Source of the DNA: Candidatus Poseidoniaceae archaeon
Lineage (GTDB): Archaea > Thermoplasmatota > Poseidoniia > Poseidoniales > Poseidoniaceae
Assembly: GCA_949372875.1 (NCBI GenBank)
Contig: CASIAW010000007.1
Coordinates: 24,736 to 88,735 of the forward strand
Direction: 5' to 3'
Length of the DNA stretch: 64,000 nt
The notes under the pieces were generated by a model. The model ran no database searches. It saw nothing but the letters and a program-made list of their open reading frames with translations, and was not told where the DNA came from. Below, in pieces: positions 59,678 through 64,000 of the stretch (its first letter is position 1; every line of letters begins with the position of its first letter). The translations under genes and the position numbers were made by a program.

Positions 59678-60286
59678 TCAGAACGTTGATTGCCATTCTT
59701 CCAAGTCTTGGGAAGCAGCCCAATCTTCATCGGTCGTTTTTCCACGAACCTTGAGAACTTCACGAGCGAGAAGCCAGTAAATCAAAGCGAGTGAACGGCG
59801 ACCTTTGTTGTTTGCAGGAAGTGCGATATCGACATTGCGAAGATTGTTGTTTGCATCAACAATTCCAACGATTGGCAAACCGGAGTTGACCGCTTCTCGA
59901 AGTGCTTGTTGGTCAGCAGCAGGGTCGGTTACAAACAAGACATCAGGCTCAACATAGGAGCGGAGAACTGGATTGGTAAGAGAACCTGGAATAAATCGGC
60001 CAACAGCCGCATTTGCACCAATTGCTTCAGAAAACAATCGAGCAGGACGCTGACCATATTGACGTGCTGAAACAACCATGATTCGAGAAGGGTCATACTT
60101 GTTGAGGAACTCAGCAATGGAACGAATTCGAGAGTCGGTCATGTTGACATCGAGAAGGTAAAGTCCGTCTTCACGAACACGTTCAATGAAACGAGCCATG
60201 TCAGCACTCTTTTGTTGAGTACCAATATTGACAGCATTCTCCTCATAGGATTCAAAGGGTAAGAGTAAGTTCATTTCCTCGGACAT
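59678..60286 (-). CDS. rps2: 30S ribosomal protein uS2 (archaeal/eukaryotic-type S2)
   Basis: The 202-aa protein carries ...RIMVVSARQYGQRPARLFSEAIGA...DPAADQQALREAVNSGLPIVGIVDANNNLRNVDIALPANNKGRRSLALIYWLLAREVL, which is typical of archaeal uS2. Confidence 0.9.
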   Translation of the reverse strand: MSEEMNLLLPFESYEENAVNIGTQQKSADMARFIERVREDGLYLLDVNMTDSRIRSIAEFLNKYDPSRIMVVSARQYGQRPARLFSEAIGANAAVGRFIPGSLTNPVLRSYVEPDVLFVTDPAADQQALREAVNSGLPIVGIVDANNNLRNVDIALPANNKGRRSLALIYWLLAREVLKVRGKTTDEDWAASQDLEEWQSTF

Positions 60287-60442
60287 GGCAATTCCTCAGC
60301 AGTCACCCGACTTGGACTCTATATTAAACCGCTTCGTAGAGAGGCGGGATGATTTCAACTGCAACCTCAAGGAGATTTAAGCGGGATTGCCATGGGAGAA
60401 CTCAAAGCCTGAAGCAAGTCTGTTGAGGTAGAGGGGGGGTTT

Positions 60443-61624
60443 GTGATGGAAGATAATTCGACAGAAAACGGGCCACCGAAGGCCACAGTTTCTGAAGACG
60501 GGATTTGGCGAGATGAACAAGGAGTCGCACTCCCCGTCAGTGCTAGCGATTTAGAGCGCCATGAATATTGTCCATTGTCTTGGTCATTATCACGTCAAGG
60601 AAATTCCGGCCAAGGAGAAGCCATCGTCGCCGGCATCAAAAGACACGCCCAAATTCATGAGCAAATGAAGGACTTTCAATTCATTCAAACTCAAATGCGT
60701 CGTTCAGTTACAGTTTGGACCTGGTGGTTTTCAGTCATCATTGCATTGACAATCGATGCAGTGGCTTTCAATTTCATTGATGATGTCACTACGCCTTTGC
60801 AAATGGCCCGATACCTCGCCATGTGGGCTGCAGCCACCCTCATCGTAGGGTTAATTGCCATTTCAGTACCTTGGCGCTCATGGATTGGTTTGAGCGAAAC
60901 TATCCCTCGGCAAAAAACAAAATTACTATCGAGAAATGAGGAATTTAAGCCTTTTTGGGAACCTAAAGGGTTTATCGGTGGCTGGTTTGAAGCAGGCCGT
61001 GTTGAAGCAAGTCTACTGTTTGGTTCAATCGTTTTAGGATTACACGCTATTGCCTTGGCAGGTGCTGATGATCGAAACCAAGCGGCTTTCATATTGTTCG
61101 TGACCGCAATGGCATGGACTCTTGCTGCCTCATGGCAACTACAACGAATGTTGTTGTCTGACAATGCTCTCGAGTCAATGAAAAAGGATATCGATATTCA
61201 AACGGATGACGAAGTAGCATATTCAGATGATGATGCAACGTCAAATCTTCTGGTCGATGAAAACATTGGCTTGAGAGGTCGACCAGACCAAATTGTCATT
61301 GTCGATGGAGAGTTTATTCCCGTTGAACAAAAGACCGGTAAGGTCCCCATAAATCCTCACCCCTCGCACCGAATGCAATTACTCGCTTACCTACACCTCG
61401 TGGAAAAAAATACCAACAAAAGTGCCCCCTATGGAGTTCTGCGTTATGGTGAAACAAACCTTCACCAAATACCATGGAACGATGTAGCCAAAAAGGAATT
61501 GAAGAGTGCAGTTAAAGAAATTCAGCGCCTCATGGTCCAAGGAGGAGCATTACGTAACCACAACCGTCCAGGAAAGTGCAAAAACTGCTCAAGGCTATAT
61601 GCGTGCGAGGATTCACTTGTCTGA
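60443..61624 (+). CDS. Cas4-like PD-(D/E)xK Fe-S nuclease with a ~200-aa insertion containing four transmembrane helices
   Basis: The N-terminal Cas4 motifs are SASDLERHEYCPLSW and GEAIVAGIKRHAQIHE. Four TM helices follow. The C-terminal Cas4 motifs are GRPDQIVIVDGEFIPVEQKTGK (D..E.K), QLLAYLHL (QxxxY) and CKNCSRLYAC (CxxCx5C). Confidence 0.65.
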   Translation: MMEDNSTENGPPKATVSEDGIWRDEQGVALPVSASDLERHEYCPLSWSLSRQGNSGQGEAIVAGIKRHAQIHEQMKDFQFIQTQMRRSVTVWTWWFSVIIALTIDAVAFNFIDDVTTPLQMARYLAMWAAATLIVGLIAISVPWRSWIGLSETIPRQKTKLLSRNEEFKPFWEPKGFIGGWFEAGRVEASLLFGSIVLGLHAIALAGADDRNQAAFILFVTAMAWTLAASWQLQRMLLSDNALESMKKDIDIQTDDEVAYSDDDATSNLLVDENIGLRGRPDQIVIVDGEFIPVEQKTGKVPINPHPSHRMQLLAYLHLVEKNTNKSAPYGVLRYGETNLHQIPWNDVAKKELKSAVKEIQRLMVQGGALRNHNRPGKCKNCSRLYACEDSLV

Positions 61625-61625
61625 A

Positions 61626-62216
61626 TCAAATGCATGCATCTTCAAGCGGATATTGTATGCATGTTCGTTTGATGGTGATTTCAATTCGAAAGGAGTCTTG
61701 AGCTGCAGAGTTTTCAATGCCTGCCCCCCGTGCTGAGATTTCAAGTCTCCATGTCCCAGTTTCAAACGTTGGAGTTGGGGCGATATTCGCAGTTGCTGCA
61801 CCTAAGTCCTCACACACATCAATCGACCAAGCCGGTTGATCGTTCGGGCCCGCATTTGGAGCCCAAAGTTCTGCGCGAACATAGCGAGTAAAATTTTCTA
61901 AGCAACCGATGAATTCAGACCCTTGAACCGTTACCTTTCGGAATACAAGAATCTCCGAAACAGTCTCATCTATCTCGAAGGTGGAGACGTTTTCATACGA
62001 TTCCCAGTCCTCTGGGTTCAAAGTACTGAATGCTTTAAAATGAGTGATTTTGATAGACTCAGACTTCGTTTCAGGCTCCCCGCGAAGACTCTCTATCGTC
62101 TCACGTGCTTGTAGGAGGCCTAAACATCCAGAAGTACTGCTGAGAAGAAAAATCATCACCATGAGGATTGGCAGAGACCAACTCTTCTTCATGGCGCGGC
62201 TAGGCTCCACCCACAT
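61626..62216 (-). CDS. Secreted hypothetical protein (196 aa) with an N-terminal signal peptide
   Basis: The signal peptide is MKKSWSLPILMVMIFLLSSTSGCLG. There is no recognisable domain. Confidence 0.55.
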   Translation of the reverse strand: MWVEPSRAMKKSWSLPILMVMIFLLSSTSGCLGLLQARETIESLRGEPETKSESIKITHFKAFSTLNPEDWESYENVSTFEIDETVSEILVFRKVTVQGSEFIGCLENFTRYVRAELWAPNAGPNDQPAWSIDVCEDLGAATANIAPTPTFETGTWRLEISARGAGIENSAAQDSFRIEITIKRTCIQYPLEDACI

Positions 62217-62337
62217 ATCAACTCAATGCTAGAGAACACAAGGGTTTGATATCTTAGAGCCACTGCGTCAACTGTCCGAATGACGTGAAGTGGTTGCCGA
62301 GCAAAGCGATGACGAACCCTATGAAAGCCGACGGACA

Positions 62338-64000
62338 TCACTCAAATTTCGCACCACATGTTCCACATTCAGTTGCATCGACTGCGATTTCTGCGCCGCA
62401 TGCACCACATTCTGCAACATCTGATTCCTTTGGCGTGTCGGTGGTTTCAGCCGCTTTTCGGCGGGTACCTCGGCGACGTGCGGGTTTGACTTTCTCAGGC
62501 GTCAATTCATCAACCATAGCTACTGGCTTGTCGTCATCCTTCATGGTAAAGTCAGAAGTCGCCTCGGAAACTTCATTTCCAGCGAATGCTGAATCTGTGA
62601 GTTGCATTCCGACGTTGACTTTGTCACCAGGCATAATGCCGTCTTCTCCAGTAATTTCAAACAAGCGGCCACGAATATCGGCATCGCTTGCAGAGAGGTC
62701 TTTTCCATCATCTTTGTGAGCGATAATTTCGCCCTTAGAAGCAAGTATTGCATCAATGTCATTGGATTCTTCACTGAGGTCTTTGGTACTCTTGAGTGTC
62801 GTTGTAACTGTATTTTTATACGCTTCTAATTCTTCTTCAGTCATATCTTCACGCAACAACTCGTCCGCATTTCTACGATCATATGCTGCTTCAACTTCAG
62901 CCTCAGCACTCAAGATGTTTTCATCCCATTCGTCTTCGAGTTGTTCTTCATCAAAGCCAAATTCTTTCACTGTTTGAGCAAAGTTCTCAGTTCCGGTAAC
63001 GATAGCATCTTCATCAACTTCTTCAGGAAGCGCGACGACTTCTTTGGCCACTCTTTCTTTGCGTACTCTCTGTTCGAAATACGAGGACACATCTTGGTCA
63101 GCGCCACAATAAACACAATTATCCAGTAAGTCTGGAATCGATTCACCACATTCTTCACAATCGTGGAATTGGTTTCGAGCTTTCTTCAGATTGAAGGAAC
63201 AATGAGGGCAGCGATCTTCATCACCCTCTAATTCCCCATCGCATGCAGGACAATACTCAAAGATGTCGCGCTCTACTTCGTCTTCGGATTCACGTGTAAG
63301 TAAGATAGACACTGCAAGAATAACAATCAATATGAGTGAACCAATACCAATGAGCGTGAATGTACCCAATTCAGAATTCGTCTGCAAATCGTCAAGGTCG
63401 TCTTGACTCATAACGGTCGTAAAGGTTCGAGAAAAGGTGCTCGATATCGTTGAGTCTGAGGGTTTCAAGAGAACGACCGTCGATGGAGCAAGTGCATTAA
63501 AATCACATCTTAGGGTTACTTTATCACCTATATTGACGACTTCCGCATTCATTGTAGCAAGTATTTCTCCTTCGCCATTAAGACAGTCATAGGTCAAATC
63601 TCCTGTTTCTACACTGGTCAAATCCACTTCCAAGGTGTACGATTCTCCTTGAGTCATGGGTAGCACGAGCGGAGAGCCATCAGCACTGGTAACTTCAAGG
63701 GTTGAAAGAGCCCATGACAAACGCAGTTCAGCCTCAACAGGAATCATTCCTGTGGCTACACTGTTTGCAACGTTCGAATCCCAACTGTTCGAACTGGGTT
63801 GCCATTGTGATTCAAAAGTAGCATTGTGCGCTCCTATGGCCGTGGTTAATTCAACTGACCATGTATAGTCCTGAGCAGGGTCAAGATAGATGATAGGAGA
63901 AGATGCTTCAACACCTTCCCAAGTGTAGAATATCTTTCCCGAAACACGAATTTCGCCAGCATTAAATACACTTACATGCCATTCTACTGATTCACCGGAA
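62338..64000 (-). CDS. 5'-truncated membrane protein with an extracellular beta-rich domain, a TM helix, and a cytoplasmic region with three zinc-ribbon CxxC pairs and an acidic tract
   Basis: The frame is open from 63747 to the window end (translated manually, no stops). The TM is TFTLIGIGSLILIVILAVSILL. The zinc ribbons are CPACDGE...CPHC, CEECGES...CVYCG and CGACGAE...CGTCG. Confidence 0.7.
   Translation of the reverse strand, partial: SGESVEWHVSVFNAGEIRVSGKIFYTWEGVEASSPIIYLDPAQDYTWSVELTTAIGAHNATFESQWQPSSNSWDSNVANSVATGMIPVEAELRLSWALSTLEVTSADGSPLVLPMTQGESYTLEVDLTSVETGDLTYDCLNGEGEILATMNAEVVNIGDKVTLRCDFNALAPSTVVLLKPSDSTISSTFSRTFTTVMSQDDLDDLQTNSELGTFTLIGIGSLILIVILAVSILLTRESEDEVERDIFEYCPACDGELEGDEDRCPHCSFNLKKARNQFHDCEECGESIPDLLDNCVYCGADQDVSSYFEQRVRKERVAKEVVALPEEVDEDAIVTGTENFAQTVKEFGFDEEQLEDEWDENILSAEAEVEAAYDRRNADELLREDMTEEELEAYKNTVTTTLKSTKDLSEESNDIDAILASKGEIIAHKDDGKDLSASDADIRGRLFEITGEDGIMPGDKVNVGMQLTDSAFAGNEVSEATSDFTMKDDDKPVAMVDELTPEKVKPARRRGTRRKAAETTDTPKESDVAECGACGAEIAVDATECGTCGAKFE

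Noticed and set aside
63760-63800. tRNA T-loop-like string GTTCGAATCC
   Set aside because: It lies inside a continuous open reading frame, and no acceptor or anticodon stems can be formed around it.

Overview
This 64-kb window looks like a euryarchaeal chromosome segment, plausibly from a Marine Group II/Poseidoniales-like organism. That assignment is inference from several clues: a PGF-CTERM archaeosortase signal, an archaeal-type ribosomal protein uS2, an NFACT/Rqc2 homologue, a PstI (CTGCAG) site at position 1 suggesting a clone end, and many giant acidic Ca-binding surface proteins. Coding density is high on both strands, with one tRNA-Phe(GAA) and no rRNA, CRISPR array, transposase or integrase.

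The window falls into three parts:
- **0-17 kb, housekeeping:** Nudix-MBL fusion hydrolase, quinone oxidoreductase, NFACT/Rqc2 homologue, DEAD-box helicase with an RGG/GGY-repeat tail, thiolase, RNase PH, MogA/MoaB, dihydroorotase-like amidohydrolase, M32 carboxypeptidase and M29 aminopeptidase.
- **17-40.6 kb, surface-protein island:**
  - a 2,139-aa integrin-like FG-GAP plus thrombospondin type-3 (TSP3) repeat protein
  - an 859-aa TSP3-repeat protein
  - a BNR/Asp-box protein
  - a 1,554-aa beta-helix/Ig-like adhesin whose C-terminal membrane anchor sits in another frame
  - GT4 and GT2 glycosyltransferases, a PPK2 and a thiamine pyrophosphokinase
  - Two of the giant genes are preceded by near-identical 19-bp perfect palindromes (TGACMCCCGTAGGGKGTCA).
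- **40.6-64 kb, regulators, glycan genes and unusual modules:**
  - two tandem stand-alone RAM-domain proteins convergent with a wHTH-STAND NTPase-TPR regulator
  - an AT-rich divergent promoter driving a TPR-like protein and an NTF2-like protein
  - a glycan-biosynthesis locus (gmd, three GT4, two methyltransferases)
  - a translationally coupled minimal E1-like (ThiF) / JAB-MPN / RHH-like operon directly behind a GT4 gene
  - a fused 3-hydroxyacyl-CoA dehydrogenase/enoyl-CoA hydratase
  - three consecutive wHTH regulators, Dus, uS2
  - a Cas4-like Fe-S PD-(D/E)xK nuclease with four inserted transmembrane helices
  - a 5'-truncated zinc-ribbon membrane protein at the window end

The best candidates for undescribed biology are the E1-like/JAB operon in glycosylation context, the membrane-embedded Cas4-like nuclease, the RAM-pair/STAND regulator unit and the palindrome-marked giant adhesin genes. 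None of these can be confirmed without homology searches.
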